Shown here one piece after another: positions 14,897 through 24,165 of a stretch of 32,000 nt of DNA; position 1 is the stretch's first letter, and every line of letters begins with the position of its first letter. The position numbers were made by a program, and so were the translations under genes. The notes beneath the pieces were generated by a model. The model searched no databases, had not been told where the DNA came from, and saw only the letters and a list, made by a program, of their open reading frames with translations. Source of the DNA: Acaryochloris marina MBIC11017 (GTDB lineage: Bacteria > Cyanobacteriota > Cyanobacteriia > Thermosynechococcales > Thermosynechococcaceae). Location: assembly GCF_000018105.1 (NCBI RefSeq), contig NC_009925.1:1110001-1142000 (forward strand), read 5' to 3'.

Positions 14897-15223
14897 ATGC
14901 GTCCCAATGTAACAACCATACAACCGAATAATATTTTGGACGGAGTCACTGGCGCGGTCTTTCGTCAGGAAGTGGCAGCTGCAGTTGAGGCGGGTGCCGA
15001 TATTGTTTTGGTAGATTGCCAAGATATTTCATTTATGGATAGCTCTGGTCTAGGTGCTTTGGTCCTAGCCCTGAAATTTATTCGGGCAGCCGAACGTCAG
15101 CTCGTGCTTTGTTCGCTCAATCAGCAGGTTAAGACCCTTTTTCAGTTGACTGAAATCGCTCAAGTGTTTCAGATCTACGACAATCGGCAACATTTCGAAC
15201 AAAGTGGGCTTTTAGGTTCTTGA
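14897..15223 (+). CDS. STAS-domain anti-sigma-factor antagonist (SpoIIAA/RsbV-like)
   Basis: 108 aa, with ..VLVDCQDISFMDSSGLGALV.. containing the phosphorylatable Ser context DSSGLG. Confidence 0.85.
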   Translation: MRPNVTTIQPNNILDGVTGAVFRQEVAAAVEAGADIVLVDCQDISFMDSSGLGALVLALKFIRAAERQLVLCSLNQQVKTLFQLTEIAQVFQIYDNRQHFEQSGLLGS

Positions 15224-15245
15224 AGTTCTAGTTTTCAGGCGGTAC

Positions 15246-16373
15246 TTACGGAAAGACAACTTGCATCAGGGATAAATCATCTGTAAAGCGCTGGTGCTTA
15301 CAACATATTTGTACTTGGTCCAAAATAGTTTCAATTGTGGGGGATCCTATTTGATGAAGCTGTTGGAGTACATGGGAGAATCCTTCTAGCCCCAGCAGTT
15401 GATTGTTGGTTTTAGGAATTTCATAAATCCCATCGCTAAAGATATAGAGAGTTTGATGTGGCGTGATGTTACAGCTCTGACTTTGATAGGTAAATTCTGC
15501 AAACATACCCAAGGGAAGTCCTGGTGTTTTTAAGGTCTGTACCTCTGGTTCTGATGTTGACATCAATAGGGCTGGCGGATGCCCGGCACTGGAAAATACT
15601 AATTCTTGACGAGAGCGATGATAAACCCCATACCAAATGGTGATGTATTTAGGGTTTTCGGGGCTCATGGTGAATCGTTGATTGAGAGCGTGCAACACTT
15701 CATGGGGATGTTGGTAATTGATGCCTGGGAATGCTTGCGATCGCAACATATTCAATATTGATACCGACGGCAAGGCTGCCCCCAAACCATGCCCTGACAC
15801 ATCCAACAGATACAAAATCAACGTATCTGGGGTTAACCAATAGTAATCAAAGCAATCCCCACCTAATTGACTAGATGGAATAAACCGGGACTGGATTTGA
15901 ATCGGCGATTGTAAGGGGGCAGGCAAAATGGAACGAACATATTGGGCAGCCTCTGCCAATTCCGCTTCCAGCCTTTGTTTTTGTTCGTGTAAGTCCTGGT
16001 TTAAGTGATAGAGCCTCAGCCCTGCCCGCACACGGGCCCGCAGTTCACTCATATCAATGGGTTTTGTTAGAAATTCATCAGCCCCAGCATTCAGTCCAGC
16101 AATTCGATCTTCCAGATCAGATCGAGACGTTAACAAAATAAAAAAAGTGGCAGAAAGTTGTGGATTTGATTTTAATTGCTGACAAACACCAATCCCATCC
16201 AATACCGGCATCATCCAATCGCAGATGATTAAGGCAGGGCAGAGTTGCTGTGCCTTTGAGAGGCCTTCTTGACCATCGCTGGCGACAGTCACCTGATACC
16301 CCTGTTTTTCAAGTGTGCGGCGTAAGAGGAGCTGGGTAATGGGATCATCATCGATGATCAGAATTTTCACCAT
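15246..16373 (-). CDS. response-regulator receiver fused to a PP2C/SpoIIE phosphatase (RsbU-like)
   Basis: N-terminal REC (KILIIDDDP...ICDWMMPVLDG...LTSR...GADEFLTKP). C-terminal PP2C motifs (GGDCFDY, LLDVSGHGLGAAL, FSDGIYE, DDLSLM). Confidence 0.9.
   Translation of the reverse strand: MVKILIIDDDPITQLLLRRTLEKQGYQVTVASDGQEGLSKAQQLCPALIICDWMMPVLDGIGVCQQLKSNPQLSATFFILLTSRSDLEDRIAGLNAGADEFLTKPIDMSELRARVRAGLRLYHLNQDLHEQKQRLEAELAEAAQYVRSILPAPLQSPIQIQSRFIPSSQLGGDCFDYYWLTPDTLILYLLDVSGHGLGAALPSVSILNMLRSQAFPGINYQHPHEVLHALNQRFTMSPENPKYITIWYGVYHRSRQELVFSSAGHPPALLMSTSEPEVQTLKTPGLPLGMFAEFTYQSQSCNITPHQTLYIFSDGIYEIPKTNNQLLGLEGFSHVLQQLHQIGSPTIETILDQVQICCKHQRFTDDLSLMQVVFP
15737..15744. repeat. HIP1 palindrome GCGATCGC
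   Basis: Exact octamer read in the sequence. Confidence 0.9.
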
Positions 16374-16605
16374 AGATGTTTCACAAGGCCATATTTGATC
16401 ATCTATTGTGAATTTATTCGCAAGGGCGAGGGCTAATCCACACTGTTCAAGTTTAGCAAGGGGATAATCTCTGCTAAGAAAGCTAATGTTTGGCGGATGA
16501 GTTCCCTATAATTAAGCTAAAGTCGCCTGGTCGAATAACGACACCACTTCTTATGTCAATAGCCTTGGACCCATGCAATTGGAGAGATTGACCTCCTCAT
16601 AGCAG

Positions 16606-17040
16606 ATGCCAAAGCACTATCATCTCAGTGTTAATTCTGACCTCAATAACCTGCCTAAAGTTCTGGACTGGTTCCAACAGCTGCACCCTACTCGAGTCGC
16701 AGAACAAGAGTGGCTGGAATGCCAGATAGCCCTGGCAGAAGGATTTACCAACGCGGTGAGCCATGCCCATCAATCGCTACCGCCCACTACCCCCATTCAG
16801 TTAGAGCTGGGAATTGAGCTAGATCATGTGGAAATCCGCATTTGGGATCAGGGTCCCACCTTTGATCTACGCCAATATTTACAGCATCACCCTACCTTCC
16901 CCAGCCAAGATATGGGCGGTGGTCGCGGGCTACTGCTGATCAATCGGATTGCTGATAACGTTCAATATCGAAGAATAGACAACTGCCAAAACTGTCTTTC
17001 TATCGTTAAGTACCTGTCTTTGAATGAGCCCATCCACTAA
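16606..17040 (+). CDS. anti-sigma regulatory factor / Ser-protein kinase (RsbW/SpoIIAB-like, HATPase_c)
   Basis: 144 aa. N-box LAEGFTNAVSHAH, G1 IWDQGPTFD, G2 GGGRGLLLINRIAD. Confidence 0.8.
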   Translation: MPKHYHLSVNSDLNNLPKVLDWFQQLHPTRVAEQEWLECQIALAEGFTNAVSHAHQSLPPTTPIQLELGIELDHVEIRIWDQGPTFDLRQYLQHHPTFPSQDMGGGRGLLLINRIADNVQYRRIDNCQNCLSIVKYLSLNEPIH

Positions 17041-17851
17041 GGATATTAAGCCTTGGATCGCTCTGAGCATCGGTAACTCCCGATTGCACTGGTTTTATTA
17101 CGAAGGATCACATTTGGCTCAGACCTGGGACACCTGCCACATTGAGATGTCCCAAACAAGATTCCCTGCCACCTTGGAGGAGTGGCAGGCCTATTCCCCT
17201 GCCTTGGCCCATTGCTCTTCTACAGTCAATATGCCAGAGCTATGGGTTATCTCTGTTGTTCCATCTCAAACCTGTTTTTGGCAGACTTATCCCCGATCCA
17301 TAGTCATTACTGCCACCGATATTCCGATTCAGTATCCTTATGAAACCTTTGGACTGGATCGAGCGCTTTCAATCTGGACTGCTGGTACCCTGTATCAATG
17401 GCCTGTCTTTGTAATTGATGCAGGTACTGCGCTTACCTATACAGGCGCTCTTACCCCTACAGACTGTTTAGGCGGAGCGATTTTGCCAGGTTTGGGATTG
17501 CAACTGCGATCGCTCTCACAATCCACGGCAGCGTTACCCACCATTGCCTTACCTCAAGACCTTCCCAGCCGATGGTCGCTGACAACCGATATAGCCATCC
17601 AGAGCGGTATTTTGCATACTTTGGTCTCTGGCATAATCGACTTTATCAGGGCTTGGTTGGAGCAGTATCCCACCAGTCAAATTGTCCTAACGGGTGGAGA
17701 TGCCGAGACGCTATATCGCTATCTATTGCAAGCTTCTAAACCTAAAGCAGTACCAAAACTACTAGACCGGGTTATTTTACAGCCCCAACTCCAAGGGATA
17801 GGACTTCTACATTTACGTCAGCAGAAAAGTGATCGGTCGCTGCTTTTCTAG
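17024..17851 (+). CDS. coaX: type III pantothenate kinase
   Basis: IALSIGNSRLHW (PHOSPHATE1), VIDAGTALTYTG, GGAILPGLGLQLRSL, TDIAIQSGILH, LTGGDAE. These are characteristic CoaX/ASKHA motifs. The start overlaps the preceding kinase gene by 17 nt. Confidence 0.85.
   Translation: MSPSTKDIKPWIALSIGNSRLHWFYYEGSHLAQTWDTCHIEMSQTRFPATLEEWQAYSPALAHCSSTVNMPELWVISVVPSQTCFWQTYPRSIVITATDIPIQYPYETFGLDRALSIWTAGTLYQWPVFVIDAGTALTYTGALTPTDCLGGAILPGLGLQLRSLSQSTAALPTIALPQDLPSRWSLTTDIAIQSGILHTLVSGIIDFIRAWLEQYPTSQIVLTGGDAETLYRYLLQASKPKAVPKLLDRVILQPQLQGIGLLHLRQQKSDRSLLF
17506..17513. repeat. HIP1 palindrome GCGATCGC
   Basis: Exact octamer read in the sequence. Confidence 0.9.
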
Positions 17852-17853
17852 AG

Positions 17854-18315
17854 CTAGCGAATCACTAATTCACCTTGGAGGTAGTCTTGCAACTGCTGGG
17901 TATGATCATGACTTAAAGGCATATTCATCGCTTCATCTAGGGAAAAAGATTGCACTTCAGATATTTCATTTATATCGTTCACTTGCAATTTCCCTTCAAC
18001 CTTAATTTCAAAAGCTAAACAAATGGAATGTAATCGTGGATCACGATCGGGGTCTGAGTATACCCCCACAAATCGTCCCATTGTTGTGAGTGATAACCCC
18101 GTTTCCTCATGGAGTTCTCTTTTGATACTTTGCTGAATATTTTCACCCCAATCCACCATGCCGCCCGGTAAGCTCCATAGGCCATTATCCCGACGTTTAA
18201 CCAATACGATTTGTCCATCTTCAAGGATCGGCATTAAACACACCCCTAATAATGGGTGTCTAAAGAGAAGGCCCAGCACCGTCTGAACCATGTATGCGAA
18301 ACGTTTCATAGTCAA
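17854..18315 (-). CDS. NUDIX hydrolase
   Basis: Nudix box GGMVDWGENIQQSIKRELHEETGL (GX5EX7REUXEEXGU). Confidence 0.85.
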   Translation of the reverse strand: MTMKRFAYMVQTVLGLLFRHPLLGVCLMPILEDGQIVLVKRRDNGLWSLPGGMVDWGENIQQSIKRELHEETGLSLTTMGRFVGVYSDPDRDPRLHSICLAFEIKVEGKLQVNDINEISEVQSFSLDEAMNMPLSHDHTQQLQDYLQGELVIR

Positions 18316-18484
18316 AAATACAGAGGTAGGCTAGTTCACATAGTGAGGTGCGTTAGTATCCATCAAAAGACTAGAGTGCCTCCTAATATATCAAGGCAAA
18401 TCTATAAAATTATGCATTAATCTTTTGTGCAAGAACTCCGTTTTAGATACTAAAAATAAACCTAAAAGAGAGTGAGTTTAATAT

Positions 18485-18955
18485 CTACTTTCTCAGTAAT
18501 TCTAAATCTTGCAACACATCTGTGGCGTGATCGGCAGCCTTGACCTTTCGATAAATCTTCGCTAGCTTGCCGTCCGGATCAATGAGAAAAGAATGTCGAT
18601 AGATCCCTTCATATTCTTTACCCATAAACTTTTTGGGTCCATAAGCTTCATAAGATTTTGCCACATTGAAATCGAGATCGGAGAGTAATTGGAAAGGCAA
18701 ATTTTGTTTATTGATAAATTTCTGATGGGATTTGGCGTCATCTCCGCTAACCCCTAGGATAACAACCTGCTCAGTTTGATAGGTCTCGTACTGATCGCGA
18801 AATCCACAAGCTTCTTTGGTACAGCCAGGCGTATTGTCCCGGGGATAAAAGTAAAGCACCACCCATTGTCCTCGAAAACGTTTAAGGTCAATGGATTCCC
18901 CATCCGCATTGGGTAAGGTGAATTCTGGAGCGTAATCGCCAATGTCCAATGTCAT
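18485..18955 (-). CDS. bcp: peroxiredoxin, Bcp/PrxQ type
   Basis: Core MTLDIGDYAPEFTLPNADGESIDLKRFRGQWVVLYFYPRDNTPGCTKEACGFRD with the peroxidatic PGCT motif. The track ORF extends to 19165. An in-frame ATG at 19066 would add a signal-peptide-like N-extension (..RNLVLALPAVSLCSLYAQ), so the start is uncertain. Confidence 0.9.
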   Translation of the reverse strand: MTLDIGDYAPEFTLPNADGESIDLKRFRGQWVVLYFYPRDNTPGCTKEACGFRDQYETYQTEQVVILGVSGDDAKSHQKFINKQNLPFQLLSDLDFNVAKSYEAYGPKKFMGKEYEGIYRHSFLIDPDGKLAKIYRKVKAADHATDVLQDLELLRK

Positions 18956-19185
18956 AATCTTCTGAGCGTAAAGAGAGCATAGAGAAACAGCCGGTAGGGC
19001 TAAAACCAAGTTGCGGATTGACAGCGGTTGAGCCTCATCAATCCCCGTTCCATTAGAATTATGCATTAAGACGAATAGGCTTAGGCTCCTTGATAACCAG
19101 TCCATCCTACGAGGCACCCTAACCGAACACAGCTCGTTCAAGACAGCGGTAGGATAAAGGAACAAGTCTCCGGTGATACTTAGTC

Positions 19186-19353
19186 ATGACCTTCTTTCGC
19201 CAAAATATTGCTCCTTTTTTGATTGTTTTGATCTTTGTCGTAGCTTTGGTGGCTGTCAGCGCCAGAGCATTCTTGCCAGATGATATGGCGCAACCTGCTC
19301 CAGTAGAAGAAGGTATAAGCAGCTGGGCCTCCACAATGAACATTGATGGCTAA
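19186..19353 (+). CDS. small single-pass membrane protein (55 aa), candidate
   Basis: MTFFRQNIAPFLIVLIFVVALVAVSARAFLPDDMAQPAPVEEGISSWASTMNIDG has a clear TM helix and sits in a divergent intergenic region. It competes with the 74-aa minus-strand track ORF 19119-19343, which has no protein-like features. Confidence 0.4.
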   Translation: MTFFRQNIAPFLIVLIFVVALVAVSARAFLPDDMAQPAPVEEGISSWASTMNIDG

Positions 19354-19414
19354 ACAAGCCCTTCAGCGGTTTCTCAGGCCGTTGGTTCCTCTGAATTAGG
19401 TTTTAGGCTAAATC

Positions 19415-19888
19415 TTGGATAGAAGCTTTGTTTCGGGGTTCAATGCACGCTTAGGGACGAAGGTAGAGCAGTATTTATTACTGCAGTTTATGCAGCGGAC
19501 TTATGAAGAACTCTACCCTGGGCACGATTATCAACATTTACGGGCTGTTATTGATCAATATTGGTCGACGGATACGCCCTACTGGTTGGTCACTCCTGAG
19601 CATAATGCCCATGAGTTTTTGGCCTGTTTATGGTTAGGAACGGCAGTTGATCAAGTCACAGGGGATGCTTATACCCATATTTTTATCCTTTACGTCGATC
19701 CTGAATATCGTCAGCAAGGCTTAGGGACCGCCTTATTGCAGAAAGCTGAAGATTGGGCTGCTCAGCAAGGCGATCAGCAAGTTGGCTTACAGGTGTTTAC
19801 GAATGCCCATCCTGCATTATCGCTATATGAGAAGCTAGGCTATCAGCCTAAAGCACACTTGTTAGTCAAGCCCATTCAAACGCAATAA
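19415..19888 (+). CDS. GNAT-family N-acetyltransferase
   Basis: 157 aa (TTG start in the track). Acetyl-CoA motif A: LYVDPEYRQQGLGTALLQKAEDWA. Also ..N..A..LYEKLGY. Confidence 0.8.
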   Translation: MDRSFVSGFNARLGTKVEQYLLLQFMQRTYEELYPGHDYQHLRAVIDQYWSTDTPYWLVTPEHNAHEFLACLWLGTAVDQVTGDAYTHIFILYVDPEYRQQGLGTALLQKAEDWAAQQGDQQVGLQVFTNAHPALSLYEKLGYQPKAHLLVKPIQTQ

Positions 19889-19932
19889 AGAGTTCGGTAG
19901 GCCATCGAAAGCTTTCCCTTAACCGTAATGAA

Positions 19933-22900
19933 TTGGTAATGTTTGAATCCAGCACAGCTTCATCTAAGAAACAGGCCCAACTCGCAGCAGATTATTTAGC
20001 GTTACCCCCCTTAGATCAGCAGCTTGTCCAACTGCTGTCAGTAGCCTATGAGCCTATCAACCGTAGTGCCATTCTCACTTGTTTGAATCGTCAGGCAGCT
20101 GCAGACTCGGATTATAAAACCTGGGATTCCAAACTGCTGAAGCAACATCTTGAGGATTTGCTTGATCAAGGGATTGTATTGCAAGAACGAGGCCAAGGAC
20201 CTCAGTGTCATCCCTTGCTGGCTGAGATCGCAACCCGTGATGTCATAGAGATGGGCAAATTTGAAACCCTTGCCCCCATTATTCAAGGGGTTGTGTCCGT
20301 TTATAAACCCTGGGGTTCAGGCCCCCGAAACTTTAGGAGTGAAGCCCAATTTCTGCGGGAAGCCCGAATTGGTTTTTATAGCCAGGATTTAAAGTTTTTC
20401 ACTACGCAGCTCGCGGACTACCACAAAGGTTTTAGAAGACAAGACACGTTATCTCTGGATGATGTCATTACGATCATCTGCAACAACCCCTTTGATGCAG
20501 ACTGGATTCAAACACTTCCCACTGACTTTTATGAGCTAGCCCTGACCAGTATTCTATCTAACAGTATCCTGGACTTATCCTCTAGTGAAGCGGCTTTTGA
20601 AGTACTACAGGAAGACTTTACAAACCAGAAGACTCGCTGTTCTGATTATTTGAAGGTGGTTTTAGCCGAGCAACTATTATTACGCAGCTATGTGGAGGAA
20701 GTCTCCTCAGTACTAGAGGCGATTGATGAAAAAAATCAGGATAATGCTGCTCCCTACTGGGGTTGGTTGGCCTTTCTACAAGGTGACACGGACCAATCCA
20801 TTGACCTTTTCACCAGCGCTTTAACTAGATTACGGAAAACTAAACGTAAACGCAGCTATTACTTTACTAGTATTTCGGGGCTCTTTTTTATTCTGGCCTT
20901 GCTGCAGGAGGGATCATCAGAACAATTGGTTCAGGCCCAAGGCTATGTGCAGCATATGGTGCGTAAATCGGGTCATTGGTTACGAACCACCTATTCTTGG
21001 CTAGATAGTTTGATCCAGATCCAACAAGGAAATTTATCAACCAAGAAAACCTTACTTCAGGCTTCTCTTAGTCCTTACGAAAGACACCATAGCTTAGATA
21101 TCTTATTCGGAGCCCTTTGCCAATATTGGGTTGATGCTGAAAAGGCAAAAAAATGGTTGCCCAGGGTTTTAAGCCCTCTTTGTCAGCAAGCCACGCAGTC
21201 CGGGTATCACTGGTTTGCGATGGAAACAGCAGAACTGATAGCCAAGCTGGAGACCGCAGAGGCTGACAATCCCTATCAGGCCCAAGCTCAACTCTTGCGG
21301 CAGGGAAGTGGTATCCAGCCACTGGTTGATATTGTGAGATCGCAAGAGTCGTGGGAGCTGTGCCTGAATGCCCTAGCGCATCTGCAACCAGAAGCCCCCG
21401 TCGTCCAAGCAGAACTACGTCTGGCCTGGTTTATCACCCTCTATGGTCAAACTTGGTTGCTGCAGCCCAAGGAGCAGAAAATGACGGCAAAAGGGGGGTG
21501 GAGTAAAGGCCGTCCCATTGCTCTGAAACGGTTGTATGGCAAGCCCGGTGAATTTAACTATCTCACTGCTCAAGATTTACGAGTTTGTAGCCAACTTGAA
21601 ACCTATTCGTCCTATGGGTCCTATGGCTATTACAACAAAACAGAGTACCGATTTAGCGAGGAAGCTATCGTAGAACTAATCGGCCATCCCCTCGTCTTTT
21701 GGGAAGATGCACCCACGACTCGCGTGGACGTGGTCAAGGGGGAACCTGAACTATTAATCCAAAAACAAAAAGGAGACAAACTGGCCCTTACGTTTTCCCC
21801 AGCATTGAAGGCAAGTCAGACCCTGGTCGTTACGAAAGAAACCCCAACTCGCTTAAAAATTATTGATATCAAGCCGGAGCATCGCCAGATTGCTAATATT
21901 CTAGGGGAGAAAAATCGGCTGACGGTTCCCGGACGCGCAAAAGAACAGGTATTGGCTGCCATTGGTGCCGTTTCTAGCTTAGTAACGGTTCACTCCGATA
22001 TTGGGGGTGGAGTTGCGAGCGCCACGGAGGTTCCAGCACAAGCTCTTCCCCATGTACATTTGCTCCCTGCTGGAGAAGGACTGAAGGTTGCCGTATTGTC
22101 CCGTCCCTTTGCGGAGGGAGGTCCCTACTATCCTCCAGGGAGTGGTGGCGAAACGGTCATTGCCGAAATTGAAGATCAGCGTTTACAGACCACACGCAAT
22201 CTTGTTGAAGAGCGGCAACTAGCCAAAGCAGCAATTGCAGCATGTCCAACATTAGCGAAATTGACACCGCAGGATCATGAGTGGTTGGTAGAAGATCCAG
22301 AAGCCTGCTTGGAGCTTCTGCTGGAACTCCAGGATTTAAAAGAGTCTGCTGTGCTTGAATGGCCTGAAGGAGAGAAATTAAGTGTCAGGCATCAAGCGGA
22401 TTTAGGGCAGCTTCAGTTACAGATCAAGCGTCAGCGAGATTGGTTTGCGGCAACCGGAGAGTTAAAACTCTCTGATGATTTAGTTCTGGATATGCAAGCC
22501 CTTTTAGCCTTGTTAGAGCAAACCCCCAGCCGTTTTATCCCCATTGGCGAAGGGCAGTTTATTGCCCTGACTCAGGAGTTTCGCAAACGGCTAGACGACC
22601 TCCGAGCTTATTCTGAACAACAAGGTAAGGGGTTGCGGTTTCATCCTCTAACCACCATGACCTTGGAGGACATGGTGGAGGATGTGGGCAAGTTGAAGGT
22701 GGACAAGCACTGGAAAGCCCATGTCCAAAAATTAAAAGACGTGCAAGCTTTACAACCCCAGCTACCCACGACCCTGCAAGCAGAGTTACGGGATTATCAA
22801 CAAGAAGGGTTTGAGTGGTTAGCCCGACTATCCCACTGGGGCGTGGGGGCTTGTTTGGCAGATGATATGGGACTGGGAAAAACCTTGCAAGCTCTAGCAG

Positions 22901-24162
22901 TGATGTTGACTCGTGCCCCTGAAGGGCCTGCCCTAGTCATTGCCCCCACCTCCGTGGGGCTGAATTGGATCAGTGAGGCCCAGCGGTTTGCACCGACCTT
23001 ACGCCCGCTGCAATTTGGAACCAGTCAACGACAAGAACTGCTCGATCAGCTTCAGCCCTTTGATCTGTTGGTGTGTAGCTATGGTTTATTGCAGCAGGAA
23101 GAGGTTGCTCAAATGCTGGCCCAGGTGAAGTGGCAAATGATTGTCCTGGATGAAGCTCAGGCCATTAAGAATATGACGACGAAGCGCTCCCAAGCTGCCA
23201 TGAATCTCCAGGCTGAGTTCAAACTTTTAACGACCGGCACCCCGATTGAAAATCATTTAGGAGAACTGTGGAATTTATTCCGATTTATTAATCCGGGTCT
23301 CTTAGGATCAATGGAACGATTTAATCAGCAGTTTGCCGCACCCATTGAGAAAAGTCAGGACTCCCAAGCCCGTCAGCGGCTGAAGAAACTGATTCAACCT
23401 TTTTTACTCCGCCGAACCAAGAGCCAGGTTTTAGAAGAGCTACCGTCTCGGACTGAAATTACCCTACAGGTGGAGTTGAGTGAAGAAGAGATGGCCTTGT
23501 ATGAAGCCCTGAGACGACAAGCGATCGCAAATCTTGCCGATAGTGATGCCCAAGCGGGAGCAAAACATCTCCAGGTTTTAGCAGAAATTATGAAGTTGCG
23601 CCGAACCTGCTGTAATGCCCAACTCGTGATGCCTGAATCGCCGCCTGCTAGCGCGAAGTTACAGCTGTTTGGTGAAGTCCTGGAAGAGTTACTAGCCAAT
23701 CATCATAAAGCACTCGTATTTAGCCAGTTTGTCGATCACCTCAAAATTTTGCAGGATTACTTAGAAAAGAAACAGATTGCTTATCAGTATCTGGACGGCA
23801 GTACCCCAGCAAAGATCCGTCAGCTGCGGGTTAAAGCATTTCAGTCTGGAGAAGGTGAGGTCTTTCTCATTAGTCTGAAGGCGGGAGGAACCGGACTGAA
23901 CCTAACAGCTGCCGACTATGTCATCCATATGGATCCTTGGTGGAATCCTGCGGTGGAGGATCAAGCATCAGATCGCGCCCATCGGATTGGTCAACGACGG
24001 CCCGTTACCATTTACCGGCTGGTTGCTAAAAACACGATTGAAGAGAAAATTGTAGACCTGCATCGGCATAAGCGTGACTTAGCGGATAGTTTGCTGGAGG
24101 GAACGGAAATCAGCGGTAAGATATCAACCGATGAGCTATTGCGATTAATTCAGAACGGTTAG
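19933..24162 (+). CDS. SNF2-family helicase/translocase with an ~950-aa N-terminal extension
   Basis: C-terminal third: LRDYQQEGFEWL, motif I DDMGLGKT, motif II VLDEAQAIKN, LTGTPIENHL, helicase-C SLKAGGTGLNLTAADYVIHMDPWWNPAVEDQASDRAHRIGQ. ATG at 19939 is the likely start. All internal antisense ORFs in the track are shadows. Confidence 0.9.
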   Translation: MVMFESSTASSKKQAQLAADYLALPPLDQQLVQLLSVAYEPINRSAILTCLNRQAAADSDYKTWDSKLLKQHLEDLLDQGIVLQERGQGPQCHPLLAEIATRDVIEMGKFETLAPIIQGVVSVYKPWGSGPRNFRSEAQFLREARIGFYSQDLKFFTTQLADYHKGFRRQDTLSLDDVITIICNNPFDADWIQTLPTDFYELALTSILSNSILDLSSSEAAFEVLQEDFTNQKTRCSDYLKVVLAEQLLLRSYVEEVSSVLEAIDEKNQDNAAPYWGWLAFLQGDTDQSIDLFTSALTRLRKTKRKRSYYFTSISGLFFILALLQEGSSEQLVQAQGYVQHMVRKSGHWLRTTYSWLDSLIQIQQGNLSTKKTLLQASLSPYERHHSLDILFGALCQYWVDAEKAKKWLPRVLSPLCQQATQSGYHWFAMETAELIAKLETAEADNPYQAQAQLLRQGSGIQPLVDIVRSQESWELCLNALAHLQPEAPVVQAELRLAWFITLYGQTWLLQPKEQKMTAKGGWSKGRPIALKRLYGKPGEFNYLTAQDLRVCSQLETYSSYGSYGYYNKTEYRFSEEAIVELIGHPLVFWEDAPTTRVDVVKGEPELLIQKQKGDKLALTFSPALKASQTLVVTKETPTRLKIIDIKPEHRQIANILGEKNRLTVPGRAKEQVLAAIGAVSSLVTVHSDIGGGVASATEVPAQALPHVHLLPAGEGLKVAVLSRPFAEGGPYYPPGSGGETVIAEIEDQRLQTTRNLVEERQLAKAAIAACPTLAKLTPQDHEWLVEDPEACLELLLELQDLKESAVLEWPEGEKLSVRHQADLGQLQLQIKRQRDWFAATGELKLSDDLVLDMQALLALLEQTPSRFIPIGEGQFIALTQEFRKRLDDLRAYSEQQGKGLRFHPLTTMTLEDMVEDVGKLKVDKHWKAHVQKLKDVQALQPQLPTTLQAELRDYQQEGFEWLARLSHWGVGACLADDMGLGKTLQALAVMLTRAPEGPALVIAPTSVGLNWISEAQRFAPTLRPLQFGTSQRQELLDQLQPFDLLVCSYGLLQQEEVAQMLAQVKWQMIVLDEAQAIKNMTTKRSQAAMNLQAEFKLLTTGTPIENHLGELWNLFRFINPGLLGSMERFNQQFAAPIEKSQDSQARQRLKKLIQPFLLRRTKSQVLEELPSRTEITLQVELSEEEMALYEALRRQAIANLADSDAQAGAKHLQVLAEIMKLRRTCCNAQLVMPESPPASAKLQLFGEVLEELLANHHKALVFSQFVDHLKILQDYLEKKQIAYQYLDGSTPAKIRQLRVKAFQSGEGEVFLISLKAGGTGLNLTAADYVIHMDPWWNPAVEDQASDRAHRIGQRRPVTIYRLVAKNTIEEKIVDLHRHKRDLADSLLEGTEISGKISTDELLRLIQNG
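23521..23528. repeat. HIP1 palindrome GCGATCGC
   Basis: Exact octamer read in the sequence. Confidence 0.9.
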
Positions 24163-24165
24163 TTT

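Noticed and set aside
14677-14949. 90-aa minus-strand ORF between cdsA and the STAS gene
   Set aside because: It occupies the divergent promoter region and overlaps the STAS start. The translation has no protein-like features. It was treated as spurious.
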